A stretch of DNA of 64,000 nucleotides from NCBI RefSeq assembly GCF_004010195.1, contig NC_057755.1, positions 4,963,643 to 5,027,642 of the forward strand. Direction: 5' to 3'. The position numbers and the translations under genes were made by a program. Numbering within the stretch: the stretch's first letter is position 1; the number at the start of each line of letters is the position of its first letter. This document shows positions 37,266 through 50,052 of the stretch, piece after piece. The DNA comes from Chiloscyllium plagiosum. Its lineage: Eukaryota. Below the pieces are notes generated by a model. It saw only the letters and a list, made by a program, of their open reading frames with translations, was not told the DNA's origin and made no database searches.

Positions 37266-40200
37266 TTATCAGTAGAAGGGGCGATGTACAAGATTGGTTC
37301 CAGATGAGCATAGTTTGAAAAGGTTGAAACTGGTCTCCTTGGAGAGATGAAAGCTGAAAAGGAATAGGACAGAGGTTCACAAAATCAAGAGAGAATTGCA
37401 CAGAGTAGAGAGGGAGAAGTCGTTCCTGCTCACAAGAGAGTCCATGGATTAAAAATAATGTGCAAACGAAGCAGTGCGATTTGACAGCAAAGGTACTTTT
37501 TCATGAAACCCGTAGTTACAGAATGTAACACACTGTGCAGAATTGTGATGGAGGCAGATTCAGTTGGGACCGACAAAGGCAGCACGGGATTGGTATTTGG
37601 ATGTGGAGAGATATGGGTGGAATGACAGATGTTGGTACTGAGTGATAGAATCATGCAGACACAATGTGCCGCATGGCCACTTTCTGCATTGTCACAATTC
37701 TGTCAATTTGTTATACATCAAATGCTCTCTGCTAGAACAATGCATATTTTTCTATTGCAATGGTTGGCAACATAATCCTCACCTTTTGGGCTTGTCTCCA
37801 TTGCTTTCACGCAAACAGCCAATGGTTATGGGATGGTTATCAGGGAGATTGGATATATAAATACGTTATTGCTTATTATTTTAATGTGCGGACGTGCCTG
37901 GCGTTGAGAAACATGATCAGTGTCGTCATGGTGATCGTGGATGCATTCATTATTTTCGAATTCAATACGTACATCCCAAATATCACTGACTCTGAAGTGT
38001 CGAATTTCCTTGTATAGTTAAAGTAAGTATAGAAAAAGTATTGTCTTAAAACACACAAAAAGTACAAAGAATTGCTTACTTTCATTGACTCTGTTGTGCA
38101 TGGAGCTCCGAAGCATGTATGGAACAGAACAACTCCCTCCATTATTTTTACTTTACTTCAACTTTATTCTACTTAAGCATTTTACCGTATCAAGGTAACA
38201 AAAGTAATTAGATTTGGTATAGCCTTCATAAAAACGCAAAACATTCTTAGCTGCTTCACATGAGCAAAATATAATAAGCCTCAGTTCATGCTTTACAAGG
38301 TTGCTTCTAAGGATTTTGTTGGTGGCTCAGTGATTAGCACTGCTGCCTCACAGTGCCAAGGACCGGTCTCGATTCCACCATTAGGCAACTGACTCTACGG
38401 ACTTTGCACATCCTACCCATGTCTGCATGCGATGGCAGACTCCGCACTTGCTGAGGTGAGTGCGTCTCTCACAAAACTCAAGTAGTCAGCATCATCCAGG
38501 AGAAAGTGGCCAGCTTGATTGGCACTGCACGTGTGACGTTTCAGAACTCATTACCTTCATTAATTATGCACAGGGACAGCACTGACTCGCAGCTAGAAGA
38601 TGCACAAAAACAAACCAGGGGAGCACTTTCCAAACCCGAAAGGGTAGAAACTTGAAAAGTATGGGCAGTAGATGCATGATCAACAGCTCACTCACTCCCC
38701 ACCAGGATATGCACACTTGGAGAGAGAATGGATGACCTTCTTACATATTTAGTTACAGTGCAGGAGCATTATCGTTCCCAAAATAGCTGTATTCTTATTT
38801 AAAATGCATTTAGAAGGACATGAAAATAGATGTAAATTTGAAGATTTTTAATTTCCAGTGTCGTTTTTTAATTTCATGGGGATTATGTTAACTGCAATAT
38901 CCTCCACCATGGGGAAAGTTGTTAGCTATCTACTTTACCTGTACATTTCATGAATCCATCAGGTCCCCCGCCCACCCCGAGTTTCCCTCCTTTTCACACA
39001 TTTCCAGTTCAGATAGCATCCGACTTATGCTTTTCAGCACTTAGTATTTTAATTATGTTCTTTCTATATTGGAGTGAAAAGAACTGCAGTCAGCACTCCA
39101 AATGTGGCCTTACCACTAGGGAGTCTAAAACTCGCGGGCACAGATTTAAGATGAGACGGTAGAGACATGAAAGTGTACCGAGGATCAATTTATTCACACA
39201 GAGGTTGGTGATTGTCTGGAAAGGCTGCCAGCAGTAATAATGGAGGCGAGAACAATGTTCTCATTTCAGAAACTTTTGAATAGGTACATGGATGCGATAT
39301 CTATGTGGAGATAGGGAAGAAATGCAAATAAATGGGACTTGATTATATGAGAAAGCTGATCGATTTTGACAATTTGGGCCGAAGGTCCTGTTTCAGTTCT
39401 GGAAACCTCTCTAACTCTCTCATGCACTTTCACCGTCCATTACCATTCCCTCCCTGTCGAGGTATCAAACTCCTAGAACTCTCTCCCTAACTGTTGTATG
39501 ACCGGATCCCAAGGGCAGCAACAATTCTCAAAAATCTTCCCGAGACTAATGAGGGATGGACAATATAAATTTGACCGTGTCAGTGGCGCACGTAACACCA
39601 GAACGAAGTTAAATTTTCCTCGTTATGAATTTTTGGGAATGACTTTGGCTCCTTCTTCTCTAAGTAAATTAATTAACGTGTTTCATAATGGGGTTGCAGC
39701 CATAGATGATTTTAAATGATCCAAGAACACAGTTGTTGTGGGAGTTAGTTAGAGCACTTAGACAGAAGTAGAAAATAAACATCCTTTCAATGGGTGTAAT
39801 CTTACACTGAAGATCTGTACATTATTCTTCGTTCCCCAATCTATTAATTCTTAATTCGATATTTTAAAGTCCAGTAATTTGGGATCATGATGTAATCGAA
39901 GTTATGGGAGCAGAAAGTGGGGGTGGGGGTGGGGGATGTAACACTAATGATGAAAATCAGAATTATGCTCAATCATCTTCATTTTATAGATTTGATGATA
40001 TGCTCTTCGCCACGGCTTGGGTTCATTTTCTTCTTTAATTGGGTTAAAATATTACGTGCCGCAATGCGTATTTCTCAGAAATCTCAGACTGTTCTAAACA
40101 TGTTCTTCCCATTCATATATAGACACCGGCTTGGGTGATCTACTTACTCCATGGTTACTGGCCATATTGGAAGTATCAACATCAATTGCTGTTTCGTTTC

Positions 40201-43200
40201 TCGGATGTAATGAACTGTACATCAGTTCTGAGACCCGAGTCAACAAGGTTTGTATCATTCAGATACTATTAATCGTAACACTTGACAGCTCAGTTGGTGA
40301 TATTGCAAAATTCTAACACCATGGGTTGAATTTCTGTATCGGCTAAGTTGCACATAAAGGGCTCTCCTTCTTAACCTCTCAACTGGCCTGATGCATGTTG
40401 TACCTGAGATTAAACTCTACCAGTCTCCTCTAATACGATAGCAATCCTATGGTCTAACAGCACCATGGTGACTTCATGGTTGAACTGAAGAGATGTAAAT
40501 TACTTGGACTTGTATAGTTTACAAATGGCGAATCAAAAAGCTTGCAGAAGGAATTAGTCAGTGTTCTTATTCGAGTGTATTTAAAATTAGATTATATTTC
40601 ATGTACGTTTTTTGAGGGGATAGCTATTGTCCCCCAGAATTTGGTTGGAAATGCTAGAATGGATTCTTTGTGTCCAGCTGAGTTTTTAAAAAATTTAACG
40701 TCATTAGACTTGACCACAAACAGTTTGGCTTAAACTCCACCATATAACAGGTGGAGTTTCAAATTTAGATTAGATTAGATCAGATCATGATCTGGGCAGA
40801 CAGGATACATAACAGCTTGCTATTTACATATTGGTAGCCTGTATGCTCCTTTTAACAACGTGATCGCTCAGTTAACTTAAACATCAATTTAAATATTTAT
40901 GGATGGAACTGCACCTTCTGCACTCCGGATTTTGCAGTACGCACAAACTTTGTGAGTGACTAGTTTTTAACATCAGAAGAGAGTCCAATTACTGATCACA
41001 GGCGGAATGTTTGGCTACCTTAGCAGCAGTTGGAGTGGTGAGGTGAACATGAAAGGGTCCTTCCCAACGAGGTTGGAGGCCACTGAGTGTCCATTGTAAT
41101 AAAGTATAAACAATTTCCTCCTTGCACAGGCAGCAGAAAAGAATGGGCACAAACTTGTCCAGTAGACATTCTGGTTTGAGTATCGAGAGAGTACCATATT
41201 TGAGAGCATAATTTGTGCTCTGCTGCAGGGCCATCCCCCGTGATTACTGTACCTTACTCAGGCCTGGCATACCCATCCTTATACTGCGTCAAACCGGGTT
41301 TTACTGGGGACCCAATGGGACCATAAGCTCTAAAATCGTGGATCATATTAAAAGAGCAATAAAGAGTCAGTGTATATTGGTATATTTTCCTTTTGCTACG
41401 AAGAAAGCATGTTGATTTCCAACATCAGGTCCAAGGTAACATTAGAGACACATAAATCTCTAGTGGCCACATTTCAACAGTTAAAGCAAGGGGCAGGCAT
41501 TTGTCCCTGGGGGTTTTGCTGTTTTGTGGCCAGTCTCAAAGGTGAAATGCTGGGGCATGCATGTTCCCATTTTCAGGATCTCCTTAGGAAAAGTTTGCCT
41601 ATCCGTGGTGATCGGGTGGGGTTCATGAGGTAGATTCAGCCACCAGTGGGTACCTGGTTCCAATCAACCACATCAGAGCTGGCATATGGCCTTGGGATCG
41701 CGAGGAAGCTGGATATATTTTGTTTTACCTGCAACGCGCATCGTGATTCAGTCCGGTTCTCGCCATCCCAATAGCAAACCACCGCTCACTTCATTTGTGA
41801 CTGGAAATTCCTCGTCTGGTTCGTACTGTTGGTACAGATCATGTTTCCAAATGGAAAACATTGCAAAAGCATAAGGTTAAACAAAGGTAATTGGTCTTCC
41901 AGATTATTGTTGAATTGTACGTCACTTCCATCAGGCAGATAGGCACATCTTTCAGTATTGTAACACAAGTCATCTGTATTCAGGTTACGCCCAGAATTTC
42001 ACTGCATTTACATTCGTATCGCCATTGGACATATTTAGCCTATTAGGCTGGTTTGGTCTTGAGGTCTGGACATGCTTCATTAACATAACTCTAATTTCTG
42101 GGATGTGACCCGGTTTAGGATGGGACAGGTCACTCATCCCCATGATATCAGCTGTGAAGACTGGATGCTTCATTTTTAAAAGGAGGAGAGGTTTGAAACA
42201 AGTGGGTTGTTTAAACTAAGGCTGGAGTCAATCAGGAGAAATTAAGGGCTCAGCGGGTATACAAATTCCTCATCCTCAAAATAGACTCGGGAATTTTACG
42301 GTATTGATTCTTTAACCTTGTTTATATATTCCGCGATCTTACTAGCTTTACACAATTTCTCATGGCCTGTTTATATTTTTTCATATACGTATTCAGTCAC
42401 CTCCCCAGCTTTTGGAAGTTCCATCTGATATATGACCATTCCCCAATTACATGCTGAATTTCTTCAACTCACCAGTAAGTTAACTTTCCATCCTTTAATT
42501 AATAACGAATCCATGCAACCATGATTCAAATTAAACATGAGGCAATGAGGCAGGTCACTGACAATGTGTAAAGGAATGAAACCAAGCGATTCTGCCAATT
42601 AATTTTGATTTTGTGATTTGGGCTAATGCAAATTATTATTAAAATTTATAAATAAAATAATAATTATCTGTAATTAAGGGTGGAAACTCAACAAATGACT
42701 AAGACACTTTAAAAGTCATCAATAAAAATTGGAAATTCATTTTTTAGTATTTAATATTTAATATGTAAAATGTATTCAGTTTCTAACTTTGAAATCCATT
42801 ATAATTATCAGGTTTCAGTGCCTTAATTTAAGTCCAAGATTAATTTCCTTAAGTGGTCCTGACCAGTCATTATTCATTTACAATGCTATGTGTCGTGAAA
42901 TGACTGGAATTGCCTTAAAAGATCTTGTCTACTCAGATGATAAAAAAAGGTTTCTAATGCACGAGAAATGGCCGAGTCCAAAGACACAGATATTAACCAC
43001 AAGATATTAATTTTGTCACATGATTTATCAGAACGTGATGTTGAATTAAAACTTCAGTCGTCGTTGAGGGAGGGGTTCCCTCCATAAAGCTGCGGCTGGC
43101 ACATCACAATTATCAATGAAACACAGAAATCTTAAAATTAAGTGGAAACAAACGAGTCTGAAACAAGAAAATGTTGTCTTCACCGTATTAAACTGATTTG

Positions 43201-43830
43201 AAATTGAATAAAGTTGGCTTTGATGAATGGATAAAAGGTCAGTTAGAAACTGACAGTGGGGCAGTCATGAAGAACACGGGTTAATATTTCATTCCATATT
43301 CATTGAAGGAACCTTAACCTTAATATGCTGAATTTCCAAATCAAATCCAAAACAGTCCCGGATCTCAAGCTGCAGGCAACAAAACTCAACATTCAATCAC
43401 AGCAATCAAATGTGCATTCAAACCGAATCTGGAATGGTTAAACATTTGGCAAGCAGCAGGCAGTCTCACAGACACCGCCACCACCCCCCGCTCCCCCTCC
43501 CCCCCCCACACACATTCCAAATGTCAAATAAATCTTGGTTGTAGCAGATAAGTGCTTAATCAAGTGTTCGAGAATTGTACCACTGGCCAGCTTTCTTATG
43601 TATTTTTAACACAACAAGAACAGCAGCCACCCGCGTAAACAAAGAGCAAACATCGAAACGCACAGAAAAGACGCAGCCAATTTACAGATACAACAGGTAC
43701 AATGAACAACAAGACTAATGAGTAGCCAACCATTGAAAGTTTGACTCGGCAAAAGGGAATATTTTGTGAAAAACTGGTGATTTGTCCTTCCCCTCTGACT
43801 TGTGGTGGAGGATGAGTGTTATCAGGAGGT

Positions 43831-44999
43831 TTACCCAAGTGTCATAGAAGTTCTGAGGTTATTCTCATGAAAACTTCCTTGGTCCGCCTGTGTGGCCCCT
43901 CTAGGGCAATTAGAGGTCTCATGGAGGGGACTGCCGCAGGTAAGGCAGTTTCGAGTCGGGCAGTCACGGGCCCAGTGATATAGACTGTTGCAATTATAAC
44001 AGTTAGGGGGCAGACACGTAGCGGGTGTCCATCTGCCATACCCACGACCGTGGCCTCGAATGGGTGCAGGGCCACTACTATGACACACGGGTAGTTGTTG
44101 AGGTGCCTCCTCTTGGACTACAAATTCTGATTTTACGCGGATCGGTGGTCTGGTTTCACTCTGCTGTTTCCACAAGGCCTTAAGAGAAAGACGGACTTGA
44201 TTAGGAGTCGCTTCAACCCAGTCCAAGTTGTTTGTTTTGACTGCTGTGACGACAGAGGGTGACAGGAAGTTTAATAGCCTAGAATTATACTGAGCATTAA
44301 TAGCATTTAAATTCTAAGCCCAGTCGCTGGAACAAGACTCATTATATTATCCAAAACTTTCAAGGAAGCCTTCAGCAGACTCCTTGTTTGTGGAGCGAAG
44401 TTCAAGGATGCGAGTAAAGTCAATAGGCTTTGCTAGTATGGCAGATGCAGCAGCAGGGATATCATCTTGTTGTTGCTGAGCTTGGGCTACAGCATTAGAG
44501 AGGGCAGTAAAATTATTGTGACCAATACATTCAGTAAAACGGGCATATTCAGAGCGGGTCAGGACTTGTTGAAGAAGGGCTCGAAAATCTTGTGCATTGC
44601 CATCATAAACTGTAATTGTGGTGTTTAAAAGATCAACGAACTCCTGAGGAGTCTTTTGAGGAACTCAATAGATTTCATGGCACCATCAGCAGTTAATTAA
44701 ATTTCCAATTCAGTGGCACTATTCTACCATGGGCACTAAACTGATTCTTTTTGAGTTTCATCATCATATTGTCTCCACATTTAATTAGTTCCTTTGCTTT
44801 GGAATTCATGTTCATTTTACAAATTATTTTCTGGGCAGATCTGATCAATTGAATACTTTTTGAGCCACCTAGTGGCCACTGCTCGTCACCCAATGCTTTA
44901 ATCAAGGTGCCAGAAAGTTTCAAAAAGAGTTTGGATATCACACATATTTTTACTAACGGTGAAGAACGGATCTTCCATCTTATCTATGTGATTAGTCAT
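43831..44999 (-). pseudogene. gag: ERV gag, decayed: matrix, capsid and two CCHC zinc knuckles
   Basis: WPLGGS matrix motif; PQKTPQEFVDLLNTTITVYDG...; CYNCNSLYHWARDC and CLTCGSPLHETSNC; frameshifts and stops. Confidence 0.85.
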
Positions 45000-45496
45000 C
45001 TTTAAGCAAACGTCCTTTTATAGTTCTGACTGAAAAGCACTTATTATCCAACAGCCTATCAACACACAACAATTTTTCGACTTCCACAAACCCTTCTCGA
45101 CTTTGTTTTCAGATCCGTTTCTCAAGTCTGACCATGGATGTCACTCTCCCCATTTTGGCCGTGTATATAATCTCTCTCTCTTTTGTGTATATAATCTCTC
45201 CCTGACACTCTTTTGTGGAGTTCTCATCTCGGCAAAGGTCCTGGACTTTTTCTCTCTCTCTCTTTCTCTCTCCGTCTCTACCCTCCCTTAGTAGGACCGA
45301 TCCTTTTTGGGCTGTAATAGGGCAATAGACAACGATGGGTCAGTTCAAACACGACTTGAATCAGAGGAAAACAAACGGATATAAAATACTCACGTCCGGC
45401 TGGCCCAATTCCTTAACACTCACGAGTGAAGGACTCAAGGCTCTTACACCTCTGTCCATGATCCGTCCTTGCTGAACCACAATTCGCGCTACCATA

Positions 45497-46067
45497 TGAA
45501 TATGTGGATCCCAGTCGGAACCTCTCGGTTTCGAGATCAGTTAAAAGAATCTACAGGAATGCTGTCTGTACAAATCAAGGTTGCCAGTTTTATTAAAAAG
45601 GCAGCCAGGCGCAGCTTTATCCAGCATCACAGATGATAAAGCTTTTGTGTTCCATGGTGAAATTTTGTGCAATTACATTCGAAAATTAAACATCATTTAT
45701 ACATTTTTAAAAGAGACAACACAGCCTTAATTACAAGAAAAGACCAATAAAATGTAATCAGACGACATGATTGACAGCAGGCTAATGCAATGGTATTTCT
45801 CGGGAAATGGCTCTTGTCAACATAAATCATCATCTCATGCTTACAGTTCAACGTTAGTACAAATGGTCATTTTATGAAGACTGTTGTCTGCTTTATCTTG
45901 CAGTTCAGCTGACTCAGCAAAGTAGAAATGCAGGTTCATACTGTCAAATTATAACTTGAAACCATTTTGTTATGTAATTTTAATTTGAAAAGCTATTTTG
46001 TGTTTAATAAGAACCTGCATATATTTGTTGCTTTTAACAACAGTCTAAGTCATATTTCAAATCCTCA
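45497..46067 (-). mobile_element. ERV 5' LTR
   Basis: Minus strand TG(aggatttg)...(att)CA, TATAAA at 45696-45701, AATAAA at 45589-45594, followed after 2 nt by TGGTAGCGCGAATTGTGG. Confidence 0.72.
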
Positions 46068-46255
46068 TCCCCTCATGAACGATATCACTGAAAAGTGCAT
46101 GGATGCAATTGCAGTGGAAACATTCTATTCATTGTGTACAATGTCAGGAATACTGCTTAAAAACAAATTACTCCCATATTGCAGAGAGGGCACAACATTT
46201 CTTCAATGAGTGTATCCCACACGCAGGGATTTCAGTACAGTTGTAGTCTTCTCCA

Positions 46256-46345
<90 letters not shown>

Positions 46346-46540
46346 TGTGTGTGTGTGTATACCCTCTGATGGTGCTGTCAATTGACTGGTGTTGTAAGTT
46401 GTTGCCCTCCCGCTCTCCGCGCTCTCCCCCTGAGGGTTTTCACACTTCACCACCGCATGTCCAGTAGTATCGGGGGACCATCAGATGGTGAGATTGTATC
46501 ATTTTTAACACAGCGAAGTGTGGTTAAATTATTCAGACGC
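46068..46540 (+). repeat. Duplicated non-coding cassette, copy 3 (right half only) with long (GT)n
   Basis: Similar to about 6820-7500; (GT)n 46259-46358; motif 46458-46512 TCCAG-N13-CCATCAGATGGTGAG-ATTGTATCATTTTTAACACA. Confidence 0.8.
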
Positions 46541-46789
46541 TGTATCCTTTGACAGGACGTTTCTTGTTGGTGTTTTGGTGCTTTCTGTTTTCATCATTTT
46601 TAGGTCAATTCTGGTTTTTTGTATGTTCCGTAGTGTGTTTTTTATTCTATTGGGTATCTGTGGCATGGGGTCTCACTCCCTCTGAAGGTAGGTGTCAATG
46701 TCTGCCAGTAGGTCTCTGCTTTCTGAATACATTTAGTCTTCTCCACAAGCAGAACTTCCACAAATCCAACCCAAACTCTGGATCAGATT

Positions 46790-47820
46790 CGTGGATGATA
46801 CTTCTGTTATCATGAAGAGAACAGCAATTGGGAACACACACCGAATAATCGATAACATGCTCACAGGAATCAGAATTACGAGAGAGAAGAAAATCAACAA
46901 TCGACTTCTATTCCTGGATGTGATGGCACAAAGAACGCAGAAGGTGAATGCAACACACCAGTGTACAGGAAATCAACACACACCGACTAGGTCCTGAATT
47001 ACACAGCAAACACCCAAACACAAACAAGACACGCGCAATTAGGATCATGTTCAAAAGGGCTACAACACATTGTATCACTCCCGACCTGCAAAGAGAAGAA
47101 GGAAAACACCTTTACAGAGTCTTCACGAAGAATGGATATCCCTGCAACTTCATTCTCACATGCCTAACAAACAATGCAATGAGCACATGACATGACCAAA
47201 CTCACTATCCATGCTACCTAGCATAAAGAAAGTCTTGGAACTAAAAGCCAAAGCTCTCTGACCACTGGGATTCATGACAGCCCATAAACCAACAACAACG
47301 CTCAGACAACAACTCACCAGAACGAATTACGCTGTCCCCGTCATGTGCAAGACGAATGTAATTTACAGGGTTCCATGCAAAGACTGCACGCCACACGAGA
47401 ATAGAGAAACTGGCGGCAAACTCGCAATCCACATCCACCAACACCAACCGACCACTAAACGCCACGACCAGCTGTCCCTAGTGGCCATGCACACAGATGA
47501 CAAGGATCACTAATTCGACCGGAACAACACAACAATCGTAGGACAAGCTAAACAGAGGACGACCAGAAGCATGCACTCATTCACAGACTCCATCAATAAA
47601 CACATTGACCTCGACCCATTATACCGGCCACTATAAGAAACAACCGGCACCAGCAACCAGATGTAATGGGAATGGAACTAAGCAGCGCTTTGCAGAAGGC
47701 TCCAACGCACTGAAGATGTCAGCTAGACGGGGGATGAAAAGTCTGCAAATCTACTTCCCAGCTTGGTAAACCACAATGCGACAACTGACACTCGATCTAT
47801 AAGTCCTTCTGCAAATCTTG
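46790..47820 (+). mobile_element. Penelope-like element (RT C-terminus and GIY-YIG), second family
   Basis: VDDTSVI, LLFLDV, SKHPNTNK, VFTKNGYP, NVIYRVPCKDC...ETGGKL; degenerate ctgaaga...gaaa motif near 47710-47745. Confidence 0.85.
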
Positions 47821-48334
47821 AATGGAATACGCTGCTGGTTATTTGTATTTGTGTTGGAGGGATTTACTCACTGCAGGAGTCCTAAAGTGAGACATTTCTA
47901 ATGGCCTCAGTTCTTTGATCACATGGAATTCGGTTGAAGTTGAGATTAGGCATGATTGCATTGAATGGGGGAACAGCCTGGCGGGGCTGAATTTCCTGCT
48001 CCTGCTCCCAGTTTGTATGTTCTGATAGAACGCTATGATTTGTTGCAAGGGAAAAGAATACATTTGTATCGGGGTGATGTTTTAGGCTTCTTTTTTCATT
48101 GCTGAGACCGCCGCTGTAATTCCTCCAAAGGGAAGCTCAAGTACACCATGTTGCTGTGGGTCTGGAGTCACGTATCTGCCACATCAATGAAAGATGGTAG
48201 ATTACTTTCCCAGACTGAAACTGTTGATGTGGTTAAACTTTTATTACATGTGAATGTCATCACCTGCTATGGTGGAATTCAAAACCAATTTTATTCTTTA
48301 CAATTTAAGATAAAAATTATAAACATAAATAAAA

Positions 48335-49075
48335 ACACCCTCAATTCCCCTCCCGCCAGCTTTCCCTGCCACCGCAGGAATTGCAATGCATGCGCGAACA
48401 CATCCTTCCTCACTTCCGTCGAAGAACCTAGAGGAGCCTTGCACATCCATCAGAATTTCACCTGCCCTTCCACACGTCATTTACTGTATCTGTTGCTCTC
48501 GATGCGGTCTCCTCCACATTGGGGAGACAGGGCATCTTCTTGCCGAGTGAATCAGAGAACATTTCCAAGACACCAGCACTAACCAACCCCACTGCCATGT
48601 GGCCGGACACGTCAGCTCCTCCTCCTACTCCGCGGAGGGCATGCAGATCCTGGGCCTCCTCAATCGCCGCTCCCTTACCACCCAGCACCTAGAGGAAGAA
48701 AGCCACATCTTCTGACTCCCTTCACCCCATGGCATCAATGTGGATTTCACCAGTTTCCTAATTTCCTCTTCCCCCACCTTATCCTAGTTCCAATCTCCAT
48801 GTTAAGCACCACCCTCCTGACTTGTCCCATCTGTCTATCTTCCATCTCACCTATCCGCTCCACACTCCCTCTGACCTATCACCTTTACCCCCAATTCCAT
48901 CCAACTGTCGCACTCTCAGCTCCCTTGCGCCCAGCCCCAACCCCTCCACTTTAACTCTCCATCCCCTCGACTCCCAGCCTTATTCCCGATGAAAGGCCTT
49001 GGCCCGAAACGTCAATACTCCTGCTCCTTGGATGCTGCAAGACCTGCTGTGCTTTTCCATCAGCACACTCTCGAC
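48335..49075 (+). mobile_element. Penelope-like element GIY-YIG region and 3' terminus
   Basis: SFPCHRRNCNACANTS, IYCICCSRCGLLHIGETG; hammerhead-like cccgatgaaaggccttggcccgaaacgtc at 48985-49013. Confidence 0.85.
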
Positions 49076-49761
49076 ATACATAGCAGCAGTAATAATTACA
49101 AAGTAATAGCAACAGTGTTGCATTTGCTATCGTACGTAATGTGAACCTTGTTGCTGGTGCTGATCAGATTGTGAACAGGATATCCTCAATTTCAAGACAG
49201 GAAGCAGACAGTCTCCCTGAGCTGCTGTATATGTCCAACTGATGAGGTAGATTACATGCGAAAGAAAAAAAAAAGCAGAAACATTGAACAAAGTTTACCA
49301 CAGCGCTTTAAAAAATCCAAGGATGACGAATTATGATGGGCTGGTAATCAACGGCAAGGTAATGATAAAGGAAGCTGACAATTGTGCAACTGGGAATGTA
49401 GCTGCTGAGCCTCTCAGCAGAATCATGTTAGATGAAGAAGTGGTACTACATAGGCTGGAGGGAATCAAGGTAGAGAAATCGCCAGATGGGATGCATTCTG
49501 GATTGATGAGAGAAGAAAAGGCATCAAATTGGTAGGTCATTGACGGGCATTTTCCGGGTTTCACTGAACACAGGATTAATCCCATGCGATTGGAGGACTG
49601 TAAGTCTGACACTGCTGTTTAAGAGAAGGACAAATGATAAGCCTGGAAACTACAGACATCTCAGATTGATATAAAAACTGGAGAAACAGCTGCCGACAAT
49701 AATACAGGATAAGCAAAAACACTCGTAGAGAAAAATAGGTCAATACCAAACAGTCAGCGGA

Positions 49762-50052
49762 GTGGCATGGTGGCTCGGTGGTCAGTACTGCTGTCCCCCA
49801 TTGCCAAGGATCTGAGCTCGATTCCATCCTCGGGTGACTGTCTGTGCAGTGTTTCCACGTTCTTCCCGTTTCTGTGTGTGTTTCCTCCCACAATCAGAGG
49901 ATGAGTGAATTGACCATGGGAAATTATCCAGGGACATGCCAGTTAGCTGCATTTGTCAGGGATAAATACAGGGAATGGGCTTGGGTGGGTTACTCTTCAG
50001 AGCGTTGTTGTGGACTTCTTAGGCTGAATGAACTGTTACCACACTGTACGGA
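49762..50052 (+). mobile_element. HE1/V-SINE-like SINE (mirror of 3780-4031)
   Basis: ggcatggtggctcggtggtcagtactgctg...gggtgggttactcttcagag...cacactgtac. Confidence 0.8.

Larger units (their letters stand above)
40985..46067 (-). mobile_element. Defective endogenous retrovirus (class I-like): 5' LTR, PBS, gag, no recognisable protease/RT, integrase C-terminal remnant
   Basis: LTR 45497-46067, PBS 45477-45494, splice donor GGAC|GTGAGTA near 45393, gag 43831-44999, LQPRWEGPFHVHLTTPTAAKV (GPY/F motif) near 41010-41080. Confidence 0.8.

Noticed and set aside
37760..38017. Hydrophobic 85-aa ORF as a possible extra GPCR exon
   Set aside because: No family motifs and no convincing splice signals.
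46179..46467. CV and HT repeat ORFs (also 7038-7423)
   Set aside because: Translations of (GT)n microsatellites.
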